Source of the DNA: an uncultured Fibrobacterota bacterium
GTDB taxonomy: Bacteria; Fibrobacterota; Chitinivibrionia; Chitinivibrionales; FEN-1185
Length of the DNA stretch: 64,000 nucleotides
Assembly: GCA_963729895.1 (NCBI GenBank)
Contig: CAVSQB010000026.1
Coordinates: forward strand, 96,001 to 160,000
Direction: 5' to 3'
The first letter of the stretch is position 1. Each line of letters opens with the position of its first letter. This document shows positions 28,342-37,373 of this stretch, piece after piece. The notes under the pieces were generated by a model, which ran no database searches, was not told where the DNA came from, and saw only the letters and a program-made list of their open reading frames with translations. The translations under genes were made by a program, and so were the position numbers.

Positions 28342-28442
28342 CGGGCACATGTCCAGCGTCTGAAGTCAACGTGTCATGTCGCCCGCAGTGCTCCGTCACG
28401 TTTTCTAATGCTGGTCACGTCGTAACACGGCGCACGTTGCAG
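28312..28442 (+). other. attC-like integron cassette recombination site
   Basis: AAC-agccgcgttacg ... cgtaacacggc-gcac-GTT ends with inner stems ccagcgt/atgctgg and aacgtg/cacgtt; about 125-bp imperfect palindrome directly after a cassette-like gene. Confidence 0.6.
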
Positions 28443-28626
28443 TCAATTCCCGGTGGTGTTTTTCGGACTTGGTCAACGTGTCGCATGATTCGACACAATA
28501 ATTGCACATGTCGCATATATTAAAAGGGTACTTTGGACCGCGCCTTCGTGCGGGTGCGGCGCGCGTTGTCACCGTAGGTCACCACAAAACGGGAAACAAA
28601 CAAGGAAACCCCGTCGCGTCGGCACC

Positions 28627-29007
28627 TCACTCGTCGAGCGCCGCCCTGTCCAGCGTAAAAATGATCAGCCGTTCCCCGCTCATGGTGCTGATGTCGGTAT
28701 GCATGCTTTTCACCTTGCGCTTCAGGATGTCCTTGACAATATCCTCGAGCAGCGGCCGGCCGTTTTCAAGCAGCTCGATGCGAACCTGCTTGATAAGATC
28801 GCGGGCCTTGGAGTTGCGCTCGCTCTTCACAAGCCGGTATTCCGCTCTGGTAAGCACGCCCTTGAGCCGCACGATCACCATGTCGTCGATGATATACGTT
28901 CGTGTCTCAAGCGGACCGCGCCCCATGTATTCCTTTTCGAACCGCGAGACGGCCTCGCTGATTTCGGCCTCAATCTGTCCTTTTGTCTTGTCCGCCTTGC
29001 CGAGCAT
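28627..29007 (-). CDS. DUF2294 / MpsC-family protein
   Basis: 'TKGQIEAEIS......EKEYMGRGP.....I.DDM..VRLKGVLT.AE..L...SMHTDIST.SGER.IIFTL'. Confidence 0.88.
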   Translation of the reverse strand: MLGKADKTKGQIEAEISEAVSRFEKEYMGRGPLETRTYIIDDMVIVRLKGVLTRAEYRLVKSERNSKARDLIKQVRIELLENGRPLLEDIVKDILKRKVKSMHTDISTMSGERLIIFTLDRAALDE

Positions 29008-29020
29008 GGTTTCACTCTCA

Positions 29021-29184
29021 GTGCAACTCTGCGTGCATGGTATACAGGCGCTTCAGGCGGCCCGGACCTTCGTGTCGCACCTCCCGTAAGCTCCGCCAAA
29101 GTGCGGCGCGCGCGGCACGTCCACGAATAGCCGCCGGGAAGGTAAACATTCGGAACTCAGTACTTAGGGACGCCAAGCTTGCAC
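29021..29184 (-). ncRNA. Candidate rod-like structured RNA (6S-like or 5' leader of the DUF2294 gene)
   Basis: Closing stem gtgcaagcttggcgt / acgcagagttgcac and inner stem tgtttaccttcccg / cgggaggtgcgaca; G-U pairs favour the minus strand. Confidence 0.4.
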
Positions 29185-29259
29185 ATAAATACAATATGGT
29201 TCTCCATTTCCGGCAAGAAAAATCGGTTCTGCCCGTATTATCAGATAAGCGCTTAAAAC

Positions 29260-30564
29260 CGTGTTGCCTCATAATAAAAGGTAACCGAAGGGTCAGATTC
29301 GATGCCTCACAAATGAGGTAACCGTAACAAGGTTGAAAATGGTTTTGAGTTTTCTTTCGATAGTCTTTTTTAATTGGAATGGATTGAGAGCACGGTGGGT
29401 CAGTTCAAGGCTTTGCTTGACTTCTGAAGCTATGTAAGGTGATTCAACGATTCTTTGATAGGGAGTTTTCGGTTCTTCATAGGTCTTGCGGTATCGAGAT
29501 CCTATCCGGATTTTAGATTTGAGTTTCAGCGATGGACAGAAGTGGTTTTGATAGAGAGACCACTCGTTGGCATAGAGGTCGTTAATGAGGGGAAGCGTGT
29601 CGGGGTTTTCGATCCGATCATAACCAAGCATGTGCCTGGCCTGCGCCCAGTTTTTCTGTTCGACATGGGCGTTGTCGTTTTTCTTGTAGGGACGTGACCG
29701 GGTGAACTTTACAGGGTCTTGTCGCACGGCGAAGTAGCGTTCGAGATGATAGTTGAGGAACTCGGACCCGTTATCACAGTCAAAGCCACGCAGGGCAAAA
29801 GGTATTCGTCGTTCGATGTCTTTAACCTGCTCAATGACACCCTGGGAGCCCTTATTCCACACAGCACGGCCTTCGGTCCAAGCAGTATGGATGTCAGTCA
29901 TGATAAGGCTCCACACAAATTCTCCGGCAAGGCTGGTGCCGCAATGGGCAACCGTATCCGCCTCCATGAATCCAGGCTGGGTAATATCCCAGTTGTCGGT
30001 ACGGATGGGGATTTGATTGCGCAGCATGGAGCCGGGCTTGGTGCCGCACAATCCCTTGCCCATACGCGTACGTAAAGGGCATAGGACGCGGTCAAGCGTG
30101 GAGCGGCTGACAGAGAGGAGCCGCGCACGGACTTCCTCGGAAAGCAGTTCAAAGGATTGTTCGTAGAATGGCAGCCATACTGGAATGACAACCTTAAGGC
30201 GGCGAGAGCACATGAAATCAGAGGCTTTCCAGATGTACTGTAACGCCTTAATAAAAAGCGGTTCAGCATATAAGGGTCTTCTTCCACGCTTGGCTTTTTG
30301 TTTCTGTTTGCGTTTTCCAAGTAGCCGGATAGCGTACTTGCGATTGTATCGGCAAATCGCACAAAACTCATCGAGAATCTGCTTTTTGCCGGCTCTGTTG
30401 GAATGGGCATATCGTTGTCGTATCGCTTCCCGATATGCTTCTTTTTCTTTGTGCCCCATAGTGGTAACCCCCTTTTTTCTTGGGTTACCTTAATTATGAG
30501 GCAACGAATCAATTGGTGCGTGTTTCGATTAAGCCTTCGGTTACATTTAATTTGAGGCAATGCG
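29260..30564 (-). mobile_element. Insertion sequence with rve/DDE transposase (ISNCY-like, unclassified) and duplicated subterminal motifs
   Basis: Left cgtgttgcctcataataaaaggtaaccgaagg versus right (reverse complement) cgcattgcctcaaattaaatgtaaccgaagg; a second motif copy lies inside each end. Confidence 0.85.
29293..30459 (-). CDS. Integrase-core (rve) DDE transposase
   Basis: ILDEFCA..RYNRKYAIRLL, EADTVAHCG, DCDNGSEF, RSRPYKKNDNAHVEQKN. Confidence 0.92.
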   Translation of the reverse strand: MGHKEKEAYREAIRQRYAHSNRAGKKQILDEFCAICRYNRKYAIRLLGKRKQKQKAKRGRRPLYAEPLFIKALQYIWKASDFMCSRRLKVVIPVWLPFYEQSFELLSEEVRARLLSVSRSTLDRVLCPLRTRMGKGLCGTKPGSMLRNQIPIRTDNWDITQPGFMEADTVAHCGTSLAGEFVWSLIMTDIHTAWTEGRAVWNKGSQGVIEQVKDIERRIPFALRGFDCDNGSEFLNYHLERYFAVRQDPVKFTRSRPYKKNDNAHVEQKNWAQARHMLGYDRIENPDTLPLINDLYANEWSLYQNHFCPSLKLKSKIRIGSRYRKTYEEPKTPYQRIVESPYIASEVKQSLELTHRALNPFQLKKTIERKLKTIFNLVTVTSFVRHRI

Positions 30565-30750
30565 TCCGGAAAGATTATATTGGAAAGGTATAGAAAATCC
30601 ATGATTCGGTGGATATAATAGTGTCTGATCGGCGTGCCCCCATCTCTTCCGGGCACGGAAAAAATTGCCCAAAGGCGCCGATCCCAACGGGATTATCCCT
30701 TTCCATCGTACAGAGCGCAGGTTGCAGCCCGACGTGATGCAGCAGGAACC

Positions 30751-31704
30751 ATGAAACCGCTATCTGGAAGAATCCCTTATCCGTTGCTGATCGCTGCGGT
30801 CGCCTTTCTCCTTTCCGGCTGTTCAATGAAGAAAGTGACCGCGAACTTCGTAGCCGGTACGTTGTCGCGCGAAAGCAGCTCCTCGGTTTTTTCCGCAGAC
30901 GACGATCCCGAACTGGTGGGCGACGCGATGCCGTTTACGATCAAATTGTACGAATCGCTGCTCGCGGGTTCGCCCAACAATCCGTCGCTGCTGCTTGCCG
31001 CAGGAAGATCGCTGTGCATGTATGCATACGCATTTGTCCAGGTTCCGGCGGAGGAGATGTCCTACGCCGAGCTCGAACAAAAAGAAGAGATGCTCCAGCG
31101 CGCCAAACACCTTTACCTCAGGGGAAGAGACGACATCCTGAAGGCGATATCGGTGCGCCATCCGCACTTCACCGACAACCTGAACCAGGGAGACTACGAC
31201 GCCGCGTTCAAGGGGGTCACGGCGCGAGATACGTCGTATTTGTACTGGGCAGGCATGTCGTGGATGGCCGCGGCCATGGCCGACAAGAGCGACGTGGGGC
31301 TCACCGTCGACATTCCAAAGGCCGTCGCTCTCATCCGGAAAGTCATGGAATTCAAAGATTCCTACTGGGAGGGTGCGGCCCATGAGTTCTTCCTCTTGTA
31401 CTACGGCTCGATGCCGGCCGCCATGGGCGGGAGCGAGCCCAAGGCGCGCGAACATTTTGCGCTTGCGGTCAAGTATTCGAAAGGCGCCAAAGTAAGCCCC
31501 TACATCGCGCTTGCCACCACGGTGTGCGTCAGGAGCCAGAACCTGACGGAATTCAAGGCCCTGCTCGAAACCGCGCTCAAAGTGAATGTAAACAAGGATC
31601 TCAACAACCGGCTTGTCAATATTCTCAACCAGCATAAGGCGCGATGGCTTCTCGAACATGCAGACGATTACTTCCTGTCCGCAGAAGGAGACACCGTACA
31701 ATGA
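30751..31704 (+). CDS. TRAP transporter TatT component (TPAT lipoprotein)
   Basis: Lipobox LLSGC; 'DDPELV.DAMPF..KLYE.L', 'MGG...KA..HF..A'. Confidence 0.88.
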   Translation: MKPLSGRIPYPLLIAAVAFLLSGCSMKKVTANFVAGTLSRESSSSVFSADDDPELVGDAMPFTIKLYESLLAGSPNNPSLLLAAGRSLCMYAYAFVQVPAEEMSYAELEQKEEMLQRAKHLYLRGRDDILKAISVRHPHFTDNLNQGDYDAAFKGVTARDTSYLYWAGMSWMAAAMADKSDVGLTVDIPKAVALIRKVMEFKDSYWEGAAHEFFLLYYGSMPAAMGGSEPKAREHFALAVKYSKGAKVSPYIALATTVCVRSQNLTEFKALLETALKVNVNKDLNNRLVNILNQHKARWLLEHADDYFLSAEGDTVQ

Positions 31705-32705
31705 CCATGCGATCTCCGGTTTGCTTTCTCGTCGCCGCGGTCCTGCTTGCGCAGGCGCCCGCGTTGGGCCTCACCATCAAGCTGGGCAGCCTTGCGCCGG
31801 CCGGATCCCCCTGGGACAAGGGTCTCAACAGGCTCGGCGCCGAATGGCAGAAAATTTCGTGCGGCGGCGTGGAACTCAAGATATACCCCGGCGGCATCGT
31901 GGGCGACGAATCGGACATGATCCGCAAAATGCGCATTGGTCAACTTACCGCCGCCGGGCTGTCGGGTGTGGGCCTGATGCGCATTTACCCGGACATCGTA
32001 ACCGTACAGCTTCCCCTGTTTATCCGGAGCAATGCCGAACTGGACTACGTGCTCGACAAAATGAAGCCGGCCTTTGCCAAGGAACTCGAGCAGCGGGGAT
32101 TCAAGGTGATAATCTGGTCGTTTGTGGGATGGGTGCACTTTTTCTCAACGAGCCCGGTGGTGACGCCCGACGACCTCAAAAAGCGGAAGATGTTCGTGTC
32201 GGCCGGCGACGCCGACGCCGTGCAGATCTGGAAGGAGTGCGGGTTCCACGTGATCCCCCTCACGCCCACCGACATCATGCCTTCTTTGCAAAGTGGAATG
32301 ATCGACGCGTTTTCGGCCACTCCCCTTACGGCCGCGTCGTATCAATGGTTCGGGCTCGCCAAGAACATGTGCGGAATGAAATGGGCGCCGCTCATCGGCG
32401 GCATCGTGGTGTCCGCGAATGCCTGGTCGAAGCTCGATACGGCGCTTGCGGCCAAACTTGAGGCTGCTGCCGTGCAGGTGGGCAGCGACATGCAGGCGGA
32501 GATCCTGAAGGCCGACGCCGCTGCGCTCGACGTCATGAAGAAAAACGGGCTTGTGGTGAACCCGGTTCCGCCCGCCGCCGAAGACGCGTGGCGCGCCGCC
32601 GTTCAGGGCGGCTTCGAAAAAGGCTTCCTCAAGAACATCAACAACGATACCTACCAGGCGGTAAAAAAGTACGATGACGAATACCGCGCCGCCCACCCGA
32701 AGTAA
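31701..32705 (+). CDS. dctP: TRAP substrate-binding protein DctP (TatP-type)
   Basis: IKLGSLAPAGSPW, YPGGIVGDE.DMIRKMRIGQL. Confidence 0.9.
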   Translation: MTMRSPVCFLVAAVLLAQAPALGLTIKLGSLAPAGSPWDKGLNRLGAEWQKISCGGVELKIYPGGIVGDESDMIRKMRIGQLTAAGLSGVGLMRIYPDIVTVQLPLFIRSNAELDYVLDKMKPAFAKELEQRGFKVIIWSFVGWVHFFSTSPVVTPDDLKKRKMFVSAGDADAVQIWKECGFHVIPLTPTDIMPSLQSGMIDAFSATPLTAASYQWFGLAKNMCGMKWAPLIGGIVVSANAWSKLDTALAAKLEAAAVQVGSDMQAEILKADAAALDVMKKNGLVVNPVPPAAEDAWRAAVQGGFEKGFLKNINNDTYQAVKKYDDEYRAAHPK

Positions 32706-32723
32706 CGGCCCGCCCGTTCCACC

Positions 32724-34535
32724 ATGAAATCCTTGCTTAGGAAGACCGCCCGCCTGGCGTGGAACGCCGAGAACGCGCTTGCGGTTGTCGTTCTCGCATG
32801 TTTGAGCCTTGTTCCCGTTATCGAAATAGCGGCGCGGACCTGGTTCAAGACGGGGCTGCTCGGCTCCACCGACTATGTCCAGCACCTGGTGCTGTGGATC
32901 ACGTTTGTGGGGGGTATGTTTGCATCGCGCGAGCAGCGCCACCTGAGCGTGGCCGCCGGCGTCTCCCTGTTTCCGGCATCGTGGCGCGTGTGGATTTCAA
33001 CCGGCGCCTCCGGCATCTCGGTTGCCGTTGTTTCCTGCCTGGCCTGGTCCGCTTTCTCATTTGTTAAAATAGGCATCGACCCGTTGCAGACCGTCGGCGT
33101 TTTTAGGGCGCAATGGGTTGCCTTCATCATGCCGGCGGGCTTCGCCGTCATGGCCCTGCGCTTCGTTGTCCACGCGCCCAGGGGAATTCTTTGCAAAACA
33201 ATAGCCGCCTGCGGCGCGGCGGTGCCGGTGCTCATGTTGACGGTGTGCGCGCCGTTCGTCGGCCGCCTCGTGTGGCCCCTTGCACTGGTCCTGGTGATGT
33301 CGTTTGCGCTCGGCACACCCATCTTCGTGGTGCTGGGCGGGCTGGCCCAACTCTACTTGTTCGGCACCGGCCAGCTCGCCGCGCTTCCCAACGAATCGTA
33401 CACCATGCTCACCGGCCCCATCATGCCCACCATCCCGCTCTTTTCCCTGGCTGGGTACATGCTTTCCGAAAGTAAAGCGGGCGTCCGCCTGGTCCGCCTG
33501 TTTAGGGCGCTGTTCGGATGGATGCCCGGCGGCCTCACCATCATGGCCATCCTGGTCTCGGCGTTCTTCACCACGTTCACGGGCGCCTCGGGCGTTACCA
33601 TTATTGCGCTGGGCGGGCTCCTGTCGTTCATCCTTGTCCAAAGCGGGTACAAACGGGGGTTCTCCCAAGGGTTTGTCACGTCGTGCGGAAGCCTGGGCCT
33701 TCTGTTCCCGCCGAGCCTCGCGGTCATCCTCTACGGCGTTGTCTCTCATGTCAACATCAGGCATCTCTTTGTGGCGGGCATCGTTCCCGGCCTTTTCGTG
33801 GTTGCCGTCATGTCGGCCGTCGGAGCCGTCACGTCCGGGCGGGGCAAAATTCCGCGGGTGGCGTTTGACGCCCGGGAAGCGGCGACCGCCCTGAGGGAAT
33901 CGACCTGGGAAATCCTGCTGCCCGTGTTCATCCTCGTCGGGTTCTTCAAGGGTTTCTTCACGCTGGTGGAGACGAGCGCCATTTCGGTCCTCTACGTGGT
34001 GATCGTGGAGGTGTTTGTCAATCGCGACATCAAAGTGCGCGACCTGCCGCGGGCGCTCCTCACCTGCGTTCCCATCGTCGGAGGCGTCCTGGTGATCCTC
34101 GCGTCCGCCAAGGGGCTTTCCTATTGCGTGATCGACGCGGAAATTCCGGCGCGCCTTTCAACGTGGGCCCAGGCGTCAATCCATTCAAAGTACGTCTTCC
34201 TGCTGCTGCTCAACGCCGCGCTCCTCGTGGTGGGATGCTTCATGGACATCTTCTCGGCTATTATCGTTGTGGTGCCGCTCATCGCGCCGCTCGGCGCGGC
34301 GTTCGGGGTTGCACCCGTGCACCTGGGCATCATCTTCCTTACCAACCTGGAAATCGGCTATCTCATGCCGCCGGTGGGCATCAACCTCCAGCTCGCCTCG
34401 TACCGGTTCGGCGAGAACCTTCCGACGATGTACCGCCTGATTCTCCCGTTTGTCCTGGTCCTGTTCGCGGCGGTGCTGGCCATCACCTACCTGCCGTTCC
34501 TGTCCACATGGCTGGTGCAGGTTATTTACGGATAG
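32724..34535 (+). CDS. dctM: TRAP fused small+large permease (DctQM)
   Basis: N-terminal DctQ (REQRHLSV) plus DctM (IPLF..AG, FTGASGVTI, GSLGLLFPPS, PPVG.NL). Confidence 0.9.
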   Translation: MKSLLRKTARLAWNAENALAVVVLACLSLVPVIEIAARTWFKTGLLGSTDYVQHLVLWITFVGGMFASREQRHLSVAAGVSLFPASWRVWISTGASGISVAVVSCLAWSAFSFVKIGIDPLQTVGVFRAQWVAFIMPAGFAVMALRFVVHAPRGILCKTIAACGAAVPVLMLTVCAPFVGRLVWPLALVLVMSFALGTPIFVVLGGLAQLYLFGTGQLAALPNESYTMLTGPIMPTIPLFSLAGYMLSESKAGVRLVRLFRALFGWMPGGLTIMAILVSAFFTTFTGASGVTIIALGGLLSFILVQSGYKRGFSQGFVTSCGSLGLLFPPSLAVILYGVVSHVNIRHLFVAGIVPGLFVVAVMSAVGAVTSGRGKIPRVAFDAREAATALRESTWEILLPVFILVGFFKGFFTLVETSAISVLYVVIVEVFVNRDIKVRDLPRALLTCVPIVGGVLVILASAKGLSYCVIDAEIPARLSTWAQASIHSKYVFLLLLNAALLVVGCFMDIFSAIIVVVPLIAPLGAAFGVAPVHLGIIFLTNLEIGYLMPPVGINLQLASYRFGENLPTMYRLILPFVLVLFAAVLAITYLPFLSTWLVQVIYG

Positions 34536-34909
34536 GAATTTTGCTGGCACATAAACATTACTAATGAAATTGAAATGGGCGCCCCGCTGCTTTGCAGCGG
34601 CGGCTCTCCTTTCGAGCTCGGCCTTTCGGCCTCGGTGCCGCCTGCCGCGAAGGCGCGTTGTCTCGATACGCCGCTCCCGGAGTGTTCCGCGGGGATGTAT
34701 CGAGGGGAGCGGCACTCGACATCCGCGCCGCGGTCAGGCAGCACTGCGTTCCAACGCACTCTCCAGTCCATCCTGGCGCCGGGCGGAGGATCAATGCCAC
34801 AATTGTCAAGTTCGGCAGCCGCACGGTACAAAGGCCGAATCTTGATTTCATATCCTCGCCACTCACAAATTCCGGAATCCATCTTCGGCCTTCACAACTG
34901 CCATTCGTG

Positions 34910-34992
34910 GGTGCTCCACAGCTGAAGATTGGATTCTTGCCGCCACTCCACCTATGGGGTCACCCGGCACAGCCATCCAAATGCATTTGATT
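34910..34992 (-). repeat. About 80-bp hairpin repeat, family A, copy 1
   Basis: Reverse complement aligns over its length with 37060-37141. Confidence 0.8.
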
Positions 34993-35091
34993 GATCGCAC
35001 TTCGAGATAAGCGAAGTCTGTGATCGCCGGATGTTCGCAGTGTATTTTATATTTTTACGACAATCTGTCGATTTCCCGCAAAGGAGCCCTT

Positions 35092-36333
35092 GTGGCCTTG
35101 TTCATCACCACCGTTCTCGTGACCATGGCAGTTGCATTCCTTTGCAATCTCCTCGAAGCGTGCGTCATGAGCCTGTCGCTTGCCGACATCGCCAAGATCA
35201 CCGAGCGCCGGCAACTGCTCGGCTCGATATGGAAGAACTTCCGGGACAACATCCAGAAACCGATTGCCACCATTCTCGTCATCAACACGTTTGCCGTGAC
35301 CGTCGGCGCCGCGCTTTCCGGGACCCAATTCAGCAGCCTCTTCGGCGTCAAGTGGGTGGCGCTCTATTCCGTGATTTTCGCATTGGTCATGATATTGTGG
35401 TCCGAGATCCTGCCCAAGACCTTCGGGTACCGCCACAACAGGCTGGTTGCCACGGTGTTCGGAATTCCCTTCAAGGCCGTCGTCGCCGCCATGACGCCGG
35501 TACTCTGGGTCACGCAGTTTCTTACCCGCCCCTTTATGGGAAAAAACAAGGAATCGTCGGCCGACGCGCTGGGCGACATCAACGTGCTCACCCGGTTTGC
35601 CGCGCTCAATAATCTTATAAGTAAAGAACAGGCCAGGCTGGTGATGCGGAGCATCGGCCTGTCGAAGACCCGCGTGCTGGAAGTGATGATGAAGCGCGAC
35701 CAGATAAAATTCCTGTCGAGCTCCATGACGCTCACCGACGCCCTCATCGCCGCCCACCTTCACTACCACACCCGCTACCCGCTCGCCGAGGGCGGCGACC
35801 TGGATGCCATCATCGGCTACGTCAACTTCAAGGACATCGTCATCGCGCTGCACATCAATCCGAAGGACCCGTCGCTACGGGGCGTCATGCGGCCCATGCT
35901 GTTTGTGCAGGATTCCGAAAACGCTTCGAACGTGCTTAACAAAATGATACTCGGCCACGATCACATTGCAATCGCGCGCAACGACGGCGGCCGGGTGAGC
36001 GGGCTGGTGACCCTCGAAGACATCATCGAAGAGGTTTTCGGCGAGATCCAGGACGAGTTCGACATCCTTCCGCGCTTCGTGCGCGCCATGCCCGACAAAC
36101 GCTATCTGGTGGGAGGCGCTACGCCCATGAGCGAGCTCAGGGAAAAGGTGTGCCCCGGTTTTCCGGACGAGCCCACGCCCGTCGACGCGTGGATACGATC
36201 CAGGACCAAGAAGGTCATCCAGAAAAAGGAACGGCTGCAATTTTCCGATTACGAATTCGTCATCACCAAGGTGCGCCGATCGCAGATTCACGAAGTGATA
36301 GTGGCGTGCCTGGCCGGGGAAAAAAAGGCGTGA
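35092..36333 (+). CDS. CNNM/DUF21 + CBS-pair (hemolysin/CorB-like) membrane protein
   Basis: SD aaggag plus GTG; 'LEA...SL', 'SEILPKT', HTRYP, GLVTLEDIIEEVFGEIQDEFD. Confidence 0.88.
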   Translation: MALFITTVLVTMAVAFLCNLLEACVMSLSLADIAKITERRQLLGSIWKNFRDNIQKPIATILVINTFAVTVGAALSGTQFSSLFGVKWVALYSVIFALVMILWSEILPKTFGYRHNRLVATVFGIPFKAVVAAMTPVLWVTQFLTRPFMGKNKESSADALGDINVLTRFAALNNLISKEQARLVMRSIGLSKTRVLEVMMKRDQIKFLSSSMTLTDALIAAHLHYHTRYPLAEGGDLDAIIGYVNFKDIVIALHINPKDPSLRGVMRPMLFVQDSENASNVLNKMILGHDHIAIARNDGGRVSGLVTLEDIIEEVFGEIQDEFDILPRFVRAMPDKRYLVGGATPMSELREKVCPGFPDEPTPVDAWIRSRTKKVIQKKERLQFSDYEFVITKVRRSQIHEVIVACLAGEKKA

Positions 36334-36389
36334 TGGCGGAGTCGCAGTAGATAACCCTTTTCCTTCACCTCCAACGAAAGGAGCGTGCC

Positions 36390-37001
36390 ATGCGCTTTCT
36401 GTGTGCAGTGAGTGCCGTATGTCTGGTTTTCGGTCTGTCTTTTGCCCAAAATAAACCCCAGCTCGGCGAATTTTCCGCCGACGTGGTCCAGTTGAGAAAC
36501 GGGAAGACGGATACCCAGAAGCTCGAAGTCAAGATCGACAGGATACGGGTCGAAAAGGCCGACAAAGGCAGGAAATCGGCGGTGATCATGCGTCTGGACA
36601 AGGGCGTTACCTGGACCCTTCTGGACAAAAAGCAATACATGGAAATGAACACGGTTTCCTACAAGGACGCTCCGGGGCTGCGCAAAGAGGCGGATTCCAT
36701 GGTGGAGATAAAGAAACTCGGCGACGAGACCGTGGCCGGTTACCCGTGCCAGAAAACCCTGTACATTTACAAAGACAAATCTCTCGGCGAGATGACCCAA
36801 TGGGTCTCAAAGAAACTTGCCTATGCGGTAAAAACCGAATACCGCAAAGCCGGAAAGGTGGAGATGACGCAGGAACTCAAGAACATAAAGGAGACTGCGC
36901 CCGACGATGCGGATTTCGAAATTCCGGAGGGATACCAGAAGTTCGAGCTTCCCGCGGGTATGGGAGACATGATGAAGGGCATGATTCCCAACATGAAATG
37001 A
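36390..37001 (+). CDS. DUF4412-like exported protein
   Basis: Signal peptide; 'KLGDETVAGYPCQK', 'W.SKKL', 'FEIPEGYQK'. Confidence 0.75.
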   Translation: MRFLCAVSAVCLVFGLSFAQNKPQLGEFSADVVQLRNGKTDTQKLEVKIDRIRVEKADKGRKSAVIMRLDKGVTWTLLDKKQYMEMNTVSYKDAPGLRKEADSMVEIKKLGDETVAGYPCQKTLYIYKDKSLGEMTQWVSKKLAYAVKTEYRKAGKVEMTQELKNIKETAPDDADFEIPEGYQKFELPAGMGDMMKGMIPNMK

Positions 37002-37059
37002 GCGGGCGGAATCTTGTGCCGGGTTGTTTCCCGTATACACGCAGCAAATTCTGCATACA

Positions 37060-37141
37060 AATCAAATCCATGTGTATGGCTGAGCCGGGTGACCCAAAGC
37101 GGGAGTTTGGGCGAGAATCCAATCTTCTGCTGTGGGGCACC
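37060..37141 (+). repeat. About 80-bp hairpin repeat, family A, copy 2
   Basis: atggctgagccgggtgaccc...gaatccaatcttctgctgtggggcacc. Confidence 0.8.
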
Positions 37142-37162
37142 AAGAAATCAAGAGTAAGAAGC

Positions 37163-37299
37163 GGGCGTTCCCCTCGTCGTGCTCGGGTCGGCCTTCCCTC
37201 CGGGCTCGGCCGGATGGCTTCGTTGCCGGATCGCCCCTATGCGTCCGGCGGGGTCGCCCGGCAACGCGCTCTCGCGCGCCCTTCGGTCCTGCCTAACGC
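37163..37299 (+). repeat. MITE/REP-like element GGGCGTTCCCC...CCTAACGC, long copy
   Basis: Both ends shared with 41388-41424; internal hairpin. Confidence 0.7.
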
Positions 37300-37373
37300 A
37301 AAAAGCAAGAACGCAAAGGTATTCTGAAAACAGTATCTTGATCTTGATATTCGCCGCACACGCTCAGCAATCG

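Noticed and set aside
29225..29260. Possible dif/Xer site beside the IS end
   Set aside because: Only a weak resemblance to the XerC arm, and no TTATGTTAAAT-like XerD arm.
34526..34900. Several overlapping short ORFs after dctM
   Set aside because: No motifs or convincing SD; probably non-coding or degraded DNA.
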